A stretch of DNA of 64,000 bases, taken from assembly GCA_028534125.1 (NCBI GenBank), contig CM052817.1:106704001-106768000 (forward strand), in the 5' to 3' direction. The notes under the pieces were generated by a model that was given only the letters and a program-made list of their open reading frames with translations, was not told where the DNA came from and searched no databases. The position numbers and the translations under genes were made by a program. The DNA comes from Lama glama. Its lineage: Eukaryota. Of this stretch, positions 12,346-24,400 are shown one piece after another (position 1 is the stretch's first letter; every line of letters starts with the position of its first letter).

Positions 12346-12895
12346 ATTCTGCTGTGAGAGGTAGGGTAATTCAGAACAATCTTCCTGCAGAGAACTAGAG
12401 AAGCAGGATTGAAAAAAATCAGGAACCACTTTCCCCTTAGGGGGTGATATCTATTTAGCAAGAGATTTCTGAGAAGCTGAGACACTAAGCAGAGCTTTCA
12501 ATAAATGCGGAGGACCAGGAGGCCAGAACCAAAGTTCAGAGCCGGAAGGGTGGGCTGGAGCTGGTAAATGCTCAACCAGTGGGCAAGGAAGGGGAAAAAC
12601 ACTAACTTTTATTAGACTTTCGTATGTAGAGGTTTCTCTTGTAATCAATAGAACAGCCACTAAAAGAATAGTGAAAGGTTATGAGACTACCAAACTGAAT
12701 GAGGGAGAAAATGCAACATTAAAAAAAAAATAGCTAATTCAAGATGTCAATAAAGGAGAGGTAAAGAAACAAAGCAGGGTGGATTGAAAAAAAATAGCAA
12801 TACGGTAGGTCTAAACCCAAATGTGTTAGTAATCCATGTAATAATATCCATACATAGTACAGATTAAATACAAATCAAATTCTCTAACTTAAAAA

Positions 12896-13112
12896 CAGAT
12901 ACAAAATACTATATATAAAATAGATAGACAGCAAGGTCCTTCTGTACAGCACAGGAAGTATATGCAATATCCTATAATAAACCATAATGGAAAGGAATAC
13001 ATACATACATATACATATAAAACTGAATCACTATGCTGACACCAGAAACAAACATAACATTATAAGTCAACTATACTTCAATAAAATATATATAAAAATA
13101 AAAAATAAAAAT
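12896..13112 (+). mobile_element. Short L1 3' tail
   Basis: TATATAAAATAGATAGACAGCAAGGTCCTTCTGTACAGCACAGG...CTATACTTCAATAAAA plus A-rich tail. Confidence 0.85.
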
Positions 13113-13225
13113 AAGACTGCCAGACTCAATTTTTTAAATGCAACAAAGTGCTGCTTAAAAGAGATACTTTTAAAATATAAGACTATAGACAGGTTGAAGT
13201 AAAGGTAGAAAATATATATATCATA

Positions 13226-13830
13226 TTTTCTGGTTATTTATTTATCACCTCTCAGTTCTAAAATATCCCTTTCTACATTCTACTCTGTGATCCCTGGGCT
13301 GGGATCCTGCAGACTGCATTTCCAGACTGCCAGATGGATTTCTGTTAGTTTTTCCAATAAGAGTCGCTAGAGAGAATTTGCAAAACCAAAGGAAGGGAAA
13401 AGGGCTTACTTCCCACACTCTTGTTTCCATTAGCAGGGATCAGTGTTAGACGGCCCAGAGTGGCAGGTCAGAACTGCCAGCTTCCATTGACTCTCCCAGC
13501 ACCAGCCTCCTCAGGGCCCCTGGTGGACAAGAAGGAGCCGGGAGACCTGGATCAGGGGTCCGAGCTACAGCTCCACTGGGCACTCAGCCCTGCCTGGAGT
13601 GGCACCATCGTTTCCCCAAGATCTCAGCAGCAACTCTACATGGCTCTTCCCATCACCTCAACTATTTACCTTTTGTTTCCCAAGCTACGAATAGCAGCTG
13701 CTTCCTACAATTATTATCTCTGGATTACTTCAGTATTCCTTTTAGCACTTAACTCTCTAAACTTACATAACCAACTCCCTTTATTAAATATCTTGCTTGA
13801 ACTATCTAACTTGAGTAGAAAACTGGTACA
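13226..13830 (+). mobile_element. LTR33-like ERVL solo LTR
   Basis: CTCTGTGATCCCTGGGCTGGGATCCTGCAGACTGCATTTCC..., ATTAAA near 13783, ends ...GGTACA; TSD-like TCATA / TCATG. Confidence 0.7.
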
Positions 13831-13924
13831 TCATGAAAACAGTAACCAAAGGAAAGTATGGGCACAGCTCTGGTAATAGCAGATGGGGTACATTTACGTG
13901 AAAAAGCCATAGTAGAAGTGAAGA

Positions 13925-14478
13925 TGTTACTGGGAAAAGGGAAATAAATTTTCCCCTTGAAAAATTACCTTGAAAAAGAAAAAAAAAAAGAATCACCTCG
14001 GTTCTTAGTCACCTGAAAAAAAAAAAAAGAATCTTTGATGAGAGACAAAAAGCATATTATAAGCAAGATTTTTATTAGTGAAGCAAAAAAAAAAATAGTG
14101 AAAGATAGTACACTCCTGAGAATTGAGAGCAAGCCGATCCAAGAGAAGAAAAATGGTGCCATTCCTTTGTTTTTCCTGTTTTGGTATCCTGGTTTCGTGA
14201 CTGATTAATTGATTGATTGACAACTCAGGTTCCCTGCACTCTGGCACACCCATCCCCTTTCAGCAGGTTCATTGTGTCAAGTTATACCAGGTCCCCCTCC
14301 CACGTGCAGCTGCAGTGCTTTGATTTTAACTGGCTTCTTTTACTGGCCCTCATTTAAAGAAAGTAAAAATTTCTGGAGTCCCTTTTTCTCAATGCAGACA
14401 CACTGCCATTTTCTGGGTTATTCCCTTCCCCTTTATATCCCCCTGCCTGGTGCTCATTTCTGTCCAAACTACCTAACA
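13925..14478 (-). mobile_element. ERV1-class solo LTR
   Basis: TGTTA...TAACA inverted termini, exact 4-bp TSD AAGA (13921-13924 / 14479-14482), minus-strand AATAAA near 14071. Confidence 0.82.
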
Positions 14479-14800
14479 AAGAGATATTTTATAATGGCAA
14501 TGCACTACTAAAATATGAGGATTCTAAATATGTATATACCTAATAACTTGTCCTCAAAACTTATAAAGCAAAAAAAGAGATAGGGAAAGAGCCAGGCAAA
14601 TCCATAATTATAGTGGTAGTTTTAAAACAAACCCCTTTTAGAAACTGAATGAATAATCAGACAAGAAATAATTAAATATCAAAATGAGTAACAGGAGACC
14701 CTAGTGGTGGAAGGGGAGGTAATGGCGGGAGAACGGAGTTGGAGTCCTTCACAGTGTCTAAACAAGAGCTGGTAAAGGAGAGTTTTGGGGCTGTAGCTAC

Positions 14801-15300
14801 NNNNNNNNNNNNNNNNNNNNNNNNNNNNNNNNNNNNNNNNNNNNNNNNNNNNNNNNNNNNNNNNNNNNNNNNNNNNNNNNNNNNNNNNNNNNNNNNNNNN
14901 NNNNNNNNNNNNNNNNNNNNNNNNNNNNNNNNNNNNNNNNNNNNNNNNNNNNNNNNNNNNNNNNNNNNNNNNNNNNNNNNNNNNNNNNNNNNNNNNNNNN
15001 NNNNNNNNNNNNNNNNNNNNNNNNNNNNNNNNNNNNNNNNNNNNNNNNNNNNNNNNNNNNNNNNNNNNNNNNNNNNNNNNNNNNNNNNNNNNNNNNNNNN
15101 NNNNNNNNNNNNNNNNNNNNNNNNNNNNNNNNNNNNNNNNNNNNNNNNNNNNNNNNNNNNNNNNNNNNNNNNNNNNNNNNNNNNNNNNNNNNNNNNNNNN
15201 NNNNNNNNNNNNNNNNNNNNNNNNNNNNNNNNNNNNNNNNNNNNNNNNNNNNNNNNNNNNNNNNNNNNNNNNNNNNNNNNNNNNNNNNNNNNNNNNNNNN
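14801..15300. other. Assembly gap (500 N)
   Basis: Run of N. Confidence 1.
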
Positions 15301-15718
15301 AAAAAAAAACTTCTACAAATTAATAAATTAGAAGAAATTCTATTTGATAGATATAACTATAGAAAACTGTAAGCTTTTCTGGTTAAAATATTAAAAAATA
15401 ATTAAAATCAAATAAAGGAAAATAATTAAGCATTTATTGCAGCTCAGTATCTATCCTTAATATAAAAGGCACCTACATACCATTAATAACAAAATTACAA
15501 CCCACATAAAACAACACGAAAGACATAAACTGATGAAAAAGATGAAAATGGATTCCTGGCCAGCATCTTCCTCCCTCTGCTTTCTCCCAGGATCACTGTG
15601 TTTCTCCCCTACCTTCTCACAAATTTGTGTTTTGAGGAAAGCTGACCCTATTTCCAAATTTAGGATGGATTCCGATTAGTCTGAGAACACTAAATCCTGG
15701 CTTTTGGTGCCTGCTTTT

Positions 15719-16378
15719 TTTTTAATTGACAAGTAGTTGGTTTACAGTGCTAGTTTTAGGTATACAGCAAAGCAATTCAGTTATACATACACATTCATAT
15801 TTTATATACACATATTTTTGTATTCTTTTCCATTATAGCTCATTGCAAGAAATTAAATATAGTTCCCTGTGCTATACAGCAGGTCTTTGTTGTTGATTTT
15901 ATATGTAGTAGTTAGTATCTGCTAATTCCAAACTCCTAATTTATCCCGCTCTCCTCTTTTCCCCTTTGATAACCATAAGTTTATTTTCTATGTCTATGAG
16001 TCTGTTTCTGTTTCATAAATAAATTCATTTGTGTCATTTTTAGATTCCACATGTAAGTGATATCATATGATATTTGTTTTTCTCTGTTGAATTTACTTCA
16101 CTTAATATGTTAATCTCTAGGTTCATCCATGGTGCAGTAAATGGCATTGTTTTATTCTTTTTTATGGCTGAGTTGTATTCCATTGTAAAAATATACCACA
16201 ACTTCTTTATCCAGTCACCTGTTGATGGACATTTAGGTTGTTTCCATGTCCTGGCTATTGTAAATAGTGCTGCTATGAACATTGGGGTGCATGCATCTTT
16301 TCAAATTAGTTTTCCTTGGACTTATGCCCAGGAATGGGGTTGCTGGATCATATGGTAAGACTATTTTTAGTTTTTTAA
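15719..16378 (-). mobile_element. 5'-truncated L1 (ORF2 C-terminus and 3' UTR)
   Basis: ORF 16040-16282 [20 protein letters not shown]... is the L1 ORF2 C-terminus; exact 13-bp TSD GGTGCCTGCTTTT (15706-15718 / 16379-16391). Confidence 0.95.
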
Positions 16379-18089
16379 GGTGCCTGCTTTTATCCCAGGA
16401 GTGGTCTTGTGGCTATGTTGGTCCAATCTGGAGGAAAGGACTTACATACCATGGTTACAGAAGTTATCTCATTCTATCTTGCTGGATATGAACAAGAAAG
16501 CTTCTAGCTATAATAGAAAGTAGAAACAGTATAAGATGACACTGATGCAAAATGGTGGGACACGGAGAAAAAAATTGTGTCTTTATTGATATTAAGTAGA
16601 TGATCAGGCTACTTACTACACAGTTCATTCATTCCACCAGCCAACTTTCATTTATGTGAGGCAACAAATACTTGAGACAAATAGGACATAAATACTAAAA
16701 TGATACATATATCACAATTATAATTAACATGTCAATAATTTGGGAACAACATAAGAAATTTGCTCATAAGAAAATTTATGGTTTTACATATTTTTGTATT
16801 AAATCAAAGTGGAAAACAAATTAAATAAACATTCAACTTGAGATGCTAGAAGAATCAACTTAAAAACAAAAACAGAACAGATACTATTCTGAGATAATTC
16901 AAGTACAAAAATTGGCTTCAGATAAAGTCAAAAACCTGATAAGCCAGTAATACTAAAAAAAAAAAAAATGTAAATGGTTATCAAAGACCTTCTCTGTGGA
17001 AAATAATACAGTCTTTATTTCACAATACTCACAAAAATAAATTCCAATTTATTTGGAAATAAACTTTACAAAAGGAAAAATTAAAATATTAGGATAAACA
17101 TTGATGAGTAAATTTATGCTCCAAAAGTATCTAAAGCAGGGAATTCCTTTTTATTCAAAACAAGAACCATTAAAGCAGAATGTTAAAATTCTGTACAAAA
17201 TATTCATAAACAAAAAAAGACAGAATAAAAAAACATGACATATATAACATAAAAGGTGGTATCTAGATATCTACAAATAAACAAGCAAAAAGTAACTAAA
17301 ATTTTTAAATAAAATATTAATAGGCAATTTATATAAAAGAAACTGCAAATCACCAATAAACATATGAAAGAGGAAGTTACATCACTAGTAATTGGAAAAA
17401 AATGAAAATTTAAACTATAGCTTACTATTTCCCCTCTCACACTGGCAAAAACTTTACTCTGTAAATATCCAGCTTATACTGCAGTGAACCTGGTAGAATG
17501 CTAACTGGTAATAAGCACTTTAGAAGACAATTTGACATTTTCCATTGAAATTAAGAATAAATGTATCTTGAGATCCAGAAATTTAATTTCAAGAACTCAT
17601 GCTAGACAAAATCTTGGGCATGTGCTCAAAAAAGAAGAAGAAAGTATAGTAACAGGTCCTTTTTATTAACAACAAAAAAATAGCATAAATAAGATGACAA
17701 ACTTTTTTATTATTCATATTATATCCCAATTATGAAGTGTCATACAGCTTCTCAAAGGAATAAATGAAATCTGTATGTCAAAACAAGATACTGTTGAGTA
17801 AAAAATTAGGGCGTAATACATGCAATATGATACCATTTTTGTGTAAACACATAATTATAAAACAATAATGCATTGTATTTTATGAATACATATCAACATA
17901 CATAGCTGTAGTCATTACAAGGCTTTGGAGTGTTTCCCAGAGAATTTTAATACTGGTTAACTCTCACGAGGAAGGGACAGAGGTAACTACTGGACAGTGT
18001 TGAAAATAAATTAGCCTTATCTATAATGTTTAATATATTTTGAAGAAAATTACTTGTGGGTTATTAATATAATAAAAGTTTTTAAACAG

Positions 18090-18440
18090 TGCTATAGACT
18101 GAATGCTCATATCCTCCCAAAATTCATAAATTGAAATCCTAACTTTCAGTGTGATGGTATTAAAAGGTGGGGCCCTTAGAGGGTGATTAAGTCATAGGGA
18201 TGGAGCCCTCTTGAATCGGATTAGTGCCCTCATAAAAGAGACCCCAGAGAGCCCCCTCACCCACTCCACCAGATCAGAAGCAAGAAGACGGTGGTCTATG
18301 AACCAGGGAGCAGGCTCTCTGTAGGCACCAGATTTGCCAGCACCTTGATCTTGGAGGACTTTCCAGCCTCTGAAACAGTAAAAAAAAAATAGATTTCTAT
18401 CATTTATAAACCACTCACTATATGACATTGTTCTTATAGT
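18090..18440 (+). mobile_element. MLT1A-like MaLR LTR
   Basis: TGCTATAGACTGAATG...GATTAGTGCCCTCATAAAAGAGACCCCAGAGAG. Confidence 0.85.
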
Positions 18441-18444
18441 ACCC

Positions 18445-18933
18445 TCTTTACAATGTCATGGCTACAGACATGCACACTTTTAGAGTTCAATGTGCATTAT
18501 TAACCTTCTCTCTATTGTTTTCTTAATTTTACTCAATGAACAAAACAAACCATCAAGCCCGAATTTGCAGCATTTGCTGATTTCCATAATGTAGACACTC
18601 CTATAACGGCCAATTTCAAGCCATCAAAGTGCTACCACTGATAATGGAGTTGGAAAGAGGTGTTCAGTAACACATTATTATATAAAATTCCCACCATACA
18701 GATGTGATAGATGTAAATAACCTCAGGAGTTGATAGTAAAATGTAATAAAATAATTAAGAAGTGATAGGTTTTGAATATTTATTACTTTTATTTTTAATA
18801 TAATTTAATTATAAATTTGAATAATTTAAAATTTAGTAATGGCTGAGTTGTTAACAATTGGCTCACCAAATTCCTGAAAGTCTGACAACCCATTCTCTGT
18901 GAGATGGTACAAGCTGGTTCCAACAAACAACTA
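18445..18933 (-). mobile_element. MER63-like hAT (Blackjack) DNA transposon fragment
   Basis: Ends GGTACAAGCTGGTTCCAACAAACAACT; internal AAATTCCTGAAA and GCAGCATTTGCTGATTTCC match recalled MER63. Confidence 0.7.
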
Positions 18934-19093
18934 ATTCCAGGTGTCACTGTAAAGCTCTTAAACTTGTGTCTCAAATAGGAACCAAGTTCCTTAAACAATG
19001 CAGAAATTATAGAAATGCTATTGAAAATATATCCATGAATTCATGATAAAATATCACATTAGGGGACCAGGAATCAACATTGAAATCACACTT

Positions 19094-19231
19094 TGTTTTT
19101 ATTTTTATTTTTTTGGTGGGGGGAGGTAATTAGATTTATTAATTTACTCTTAGGGGAGGTGCTGGGGATTGAACCCAGGACCTTATGCATACTAAGCATG
19201 CGCTCTACCACTTGAGCTATACCCTGCCCCC
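19094..19231 (-). mobile_element. tRNA-Ala-derived SINE (vic-1-like)
   Basis: Well-preserved A and B boxes; TSD TGAAATCACACTT / TGAAATTACACTT. Confidence 0.93.
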
Positions 19232-19961
19232 TGAAATTACACTTGATTTCCAAGGATATAGATAGCATCTTCACTCTGACATGTGCCACAAAATGAAAAA
19301 CATTCCCAATGACATTATATTTCCTTCATGAAAGAGTTTAAATCAAAGGATGTTGATATTAGGAGAGAGAGAGCCATCTCATAATTCTCACTCATGACCT
19401 CACTTCTGCATCAACTGGCCCTCCTCCCTTCTAGACCTGAGTTGGTGATCCCATCCAAGGGGGACACTGGGACACTTACAAGTCATTGTGCTTCTTCCCC
19501 CAGTCTCATCCAATTCCCTCACCACCTCATCTATCAGGCATCTCTTGAACTCTTCAAATCTTCTGGGCCTCATTCCATATCCTGATCTTCTGAAGAGACC
19601 TCAGCCACCACTTCTGAGCTCCACACGGGCTCCATAGAACTTCTCGAAGGTGCGCACCCAGAGTACCTCCAAGCCTATGGTACCTTCACGCTGCTTCACG
19701 CACAGTGCCTCGCACATCTCCTTCATCCTTCTCTCCAGGAAGGCCCCTCGCCTATTTCCACTGTCATGAGAGTTCTAAATTTTGACCTCCTTGCTTAACC
19801 CAATCCCTAAGCCATGCTCTGGTGTGCTGTGTTATAGGATCAGATCCAAGCTCCTTGTCATGACACCCAAGACCTCTCACAAAGGAGTCTCTGCCTCGAC
19901 CTCCAAATCTGTTTCCCACAACTCCTCCTTACACTCCAGTAGTAACAAACTTGAATTTGCC

Positions 19962-20101
19962 TTTTTTTTTTTTAGCAGATATCTTATTTACTTACTTACT
20001 TACTTCTTTACTTATTTATTTTGATGGAGGTACTGGGAATTGATCCTAGGACTTCATGCAAGCTAAGTGTGTGCTATCCCACTGAGCTCTACCGTCTCCC
20101 C
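19962..20101 (-). mobile_element. tRNA-Ala-derived SINE (vic-1-like)
   Basis: Antisense A and B boxes, (TTAC)n tail; degenerate TSD CAAACTT. Confidence 0.88.
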
Positions 20102-20249
20102 TGCAAACTTATATTTTCTACATGGTTGTTTCCATCTATATCCTGCTTAAAATTGTCCATTTGTATTTATATGTGTATTACTTGATATGTTGTAGAACAA
20201 GCAATACACTAGCATGTTGCTTGATTGCTTACCTTAGGGATGTGTGTGC

Positions 20250-20790
20250 TGAGTGCTTCTTCCCATCCTCCTCTCCCCACCCTTTTCTATCAACTCTGTA
20301 TCCTAAATTTCTCTTGAATGTTTCCAACCCCATTGACACTGCCTAGTTGGAATACACTATCACCATGTTCCTAGGCTGATTAAATAGCTCATCGTTGGTG
20401 CTTCTATATTTCTTCTTTTTCCTTCCAAACCATTCTTCACACTGCAGCCACATGTTCCTTAGAAGCCACGAATCGCTTCTAAACTCTCTTAAAATAAAGT
20501 TATTGAAAAACCAAAAGGCTCTCTCTCCTACTCATAGGGTTCAACTCAGCTACATTTCTTCAGGGAAGCATTTCTTAATGTCACAGGCTAAATCAGCTTC
20601 CCTGTTTTGAACCCTTATGGAATCATATACTATATACAAAAAATAACAAATTAATGTGAAGTTGTTCATTTAAGGTCCCTTTTTTGCCCCACTATTCCGT
20701 GTGAAAGTGTGACTCATGCTGTTTTGTGTACCAAGCACAAGGGAGATATTCAAAAACTACTTGCTGAATGTGTGAGTTAGTTAATTAACT
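20250..20790 (+). mobile_element. L2 3' region
   Basis: CATTCTTCACACTGCAGCCAC..., CAGGGAAGCATTTCTTAA..., ends TACTTGCTGAATG. Confidence 0.6.
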
Positions 20791-20938
20791 AAGCAATCAA
20801 CTTCGCATCAATTCAGTCCTCAGGTGATTGACAACACAAGCAGTTAAGATAGAATTAATTGGTGAGACCCCTCAGTTGTTGACTCTTGCACACTAGTGAT
20901 GCAAAAAGTTCTTACGTAAATGCCCAGCATTAATTCAA

Positions 20939-21439
20939 TGTGCAAGTTTCCTATCACTACTGCAGCAAATGACCACAAACTCAGTGACTTCAAATAACAA
21001 AATGTATTTTCTTATGCTTCTGGAGGTCTGAAGTCCAAAATGAGGATCATGGGACTAAAATCAAGGTGTGCACAGGACTGGTTCCTTCAGACGCCTCCAG
21101 GGGAGAATCCATTTCCTTGTCTTTTCCAGCTTCTAGAAACCAGCTGTGTTCTTGGCTTGTGGCCCCTTCCTGGCATTATTCCAACCTCCTGCTTCCTTTG
21201 TCTGTCTACTAGTGGCTCTGACCTGCCTCCCTCTTATAAAAGGACTTTTGTGAGTAGGTACATCTGGTCTACCCAGATAATTGAGGCTAATTCCCAGCTC
21301 CGGATCCTCGACGTAATCACAGCTCCTTAACTTAACCATAGCTGCTAAGCCCTTCTTACCATGTGCGGTAATTCACTCACAGATTCCAGGCATTAGGATG
21401 TGGAAGATCTTTAAGGGGGCATTCTTCAGCCTTTCTGCA
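20939..21439 (-). mobile_element. MLT1C-like MaLR LTR
   Basis: TTCTGGAGGTCTGAAGTCCAAAATG...GGAGAATCCATTTCCTTGTCTTTTCCAGCTTCTAG; 5-bp TSD-like TTCAA / CTCAA. Confidence 0.85.
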
Positions 21440-24400
21440 CTCAACTATGCGAGCTTTTTTTAAAACAATTCATATACAGAAAAATCCATTACATTGTCTG
21501 TCTCTTTGTGGGAGAGAAAAATGTTATTTATTCGACAGCAAGTCCTTTCTGCAATAGAGTTTTACATGCCTGCAAAAATGAGTTTGGCTGCTTGAAGAGT
21601 GTTTTATTATAATAATTTACAAATCTCATTAAGCTTTGTTATTGTTTTCTCAATTCTGCAGCCACAGCTGTCACGAGAATGACATGCATGAGTTAGAGGA
21701 TGTGAGAGAAAAAAAAAAACAAAAAAACACTTATGAGTAGACTGCCTGATACGTTTTTTGATATTTATGACAGGACTTTTTTTTTAACCACATCTTATAT
21801 AAGGATGAGGTACCATAGACAATTGTCTAGATAATGAAAACAAACAAATACGGATTCAGCGTCATTTCTCTAAATCACAAAGGAAATTCTCTCGAACCAC
21901 CCTGGAATGGCTATTTTTTATCACGTGTGCACACACACACAACTTCTTTTCTGTCTTTGGCTCTGAGATACAAATTTTTTAAATTCTAGGATCTTATTTT
22001 TCCCTTAATCACATTACAAATTGGCCCTTTGCAAATGAGTCATTTGGTTGCTAAATGGGCACTGTAAAATTAAATCTAACTGTAAGAGTTAACACCAGTA
22101 CAACCATCTTTAACAAGTAAAACATTTGACTAAAATTACAGCAATTTTGATCATGATGATGAGCGTGGACTTCAGCTCTGAATTTATAATACAGCACAAA
22201 TCCACCACAGCTCTCAGTGTTGGTCCTTCCTCATGGACGTGATGGTGAGATATTTAATTGAAAATTGTGAAGAGTGAATGCAGTCAACAGACTGGCTTTC
22301 TAGGTCACTCAAACATCTGCCTTTTTGTTTTACAGAAACTTTTGGCGTAATCTGAAAGACGATGAAAAAGAGCCACTCTAGAATTTATTCTAAACCGATT
22401 TCATTGTTGTTTGCACAAGAATGAGATAGCTTTTGTAAATTCACTTCAAGTAGTTGAATTCTGTGTGTCTGAACTAACGATGACAAACGAAGTTCACCTA
22501 AAATTGTGCAGTGTGTCAAGGGAAATTTCAAATTTGAACTTTTGAAGAAACAGTATCAGTAAAAGGCACTGACTATGTTGATTGATTTCATTACGGACAC
22601 ATTAAGCAGTTAATTTCTGATGAAACCAAATAGGCTTTTTTATTCATTCATTCTACGATGCATAAATAATTTGAATATTTGGATATGTGATACCTATATT
22701 AACTTATAAAATAGATAATATATCTTATCATTTCAGTCTGAGTCTGAGATAACAATGTTAAATCGCTACATCACAGTTCTATTATCTCATTCAATTCCTA
22801 ATGTCATACACTCTCCTCATGTTTGTAACACAGCAACGCAAAGAATCAGAAATGGATGTACTATAACAAGGTTATGTGAAATGGGATATAATTTTCTAGT
22901 CACTGCAGCGTTATTCCCTTTTCTCCCTGTAGTTAATTTATCTCAGCTTAATTCACACTGTAAGCTTATCTTTTTCAGGAAAAACACCATGATTATTTGG
23001 TTACTGCTTCTTCCCTGGGGAATGGGACCGCCAGTGACCACCAACTCCACCACCACGTGGCTGGGCAAGTGCAGAGCCTTAGCATCGCATTATACTAAAC
23101 TGGAATCAAGGAGACAGGTTCCACTTTTCTCGGGCCATGAATCTGGGAAAATACAAGCCATGGTTTCTTCTGGTACCGGGATTACTTCCTTAGGAGCAGA
23201 ACAAGCTTGGACAAATTAACACTATTTTCAAAATGAAGTTTTAATAAAAAAGGCAGAGTGAAGGCTGTGGCATATCTGAACCTGGGTTGTGGCCACTCCA
23301 AAGGTCCATCCCCAACCCTGTGTGTTGTCTACCTTGGATAGCGGAGCCAACAAACTGCCTCCTTTGCTTCAGCTAGTACAAAAGTCAAGAAAGCAAGGGG
23401 TGGAAGAGAAACAAAGAATGGGTTTATGCAGAAGAGGTGACTTCATGATCATTTGAAAGATCAGTAAGATTTTGACAGTGGGGATGAGATGCGATGGCAG
23501 ATAAGGACCAGCATGGGGAGATAGATACCAGTGAACTTAACATGTAATAGACATGGCTTTCCCCACTCTAGCCCCACCAGACCACTCATGCTGAGACATT
23601 TCCTTCCACAAGACCACCACCCACCTGGATGGCATGGTCTCTGTTTGCTATTTTGCAGTGTAGCCTGGGCATTGGGAAAGGGGACTTTGGCATGGGGAGT
23701 TTGGATGGAACTCATCAAAATCTGTGGGCGTGGAATGCATCACCTCTGCTGGAGCATTTGTGGACAACATTCAAGCTTCCCCGGAGACACAAGACAATGG
23801 GCAGCAAGGAGCAGATGAGCTGGAAGGACCTCTCATCAGCAGCCGCACACAGCGCTCATCAGAAGGAAAAGAGACATCTGCTTGCCTCCCTGGTGCTGGT
23901 CAGGATTCAGCAGTTTCTCCAAGTGGCTCCACTGCCCTAAAATCAGGCATCTTACACAAGACACCATCGAGCTCCTGCAGTGTCACGTCCATGACCCTTT
24001 ATCATGCTCCCAGGACCAGGATCTTCGTCTGCCCGTGGTTTCTGCGGTATTTAATGCAATGGCGTGAAGTAAGCACCCTGCTTCCTTCCCAGCCTCTCTA
24101 TGTTTCTTCAGAGTTTTTCTCCTCCTAACAGAATTCATATCTTGCAAATCAAAGTTTGCTGTTTCAAATCAATTGCTTCTGGAAGGATTTTCAAAAACCT
24201 ACATTATGTTTTACTCGCATCTCATTTTGTCACGCCAAGTATTAAAAAGATGCACATTCAGATGCACATTCAAGGATCAACATTTAATAAAAGTAAGGCT
24301 TTTTACTGCCTCAAAAAGGAAGCATTCTATAATTTTTTTTTAAAAAACTGAACATTGTTTCTAATTCTCGAATCAATTCTGATGCCTCTGGATGGCTTGA

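Larger units (their letters stand above)
12640..18085 (+). mobile_element. Fragmented old L1 (ORF2 endonuclease to 3' region) hosting nested insertions
   Basis: A-rich L1 ORF2-like segments at about 12.8, 13.1-13.2, 13.83-13.92, 14.48-14.69, 15.3-15.5 and 16.6-18.1 kb, in collinear order. Confidence 0.65.

Noticed and set aside
14739..15323. 194-aa ORF
   Set aside because: Artefact of translating through the N gap.
22755..24128. Cluster of longer ORFs (up to 154 aa)
   Set aside because: Overlapping frames, no recognisable domains and no splice support.
24248..24271. 12-bp tandem duplication AGATGCACATTC
   Set aside because: Ordinary slippage duplication.
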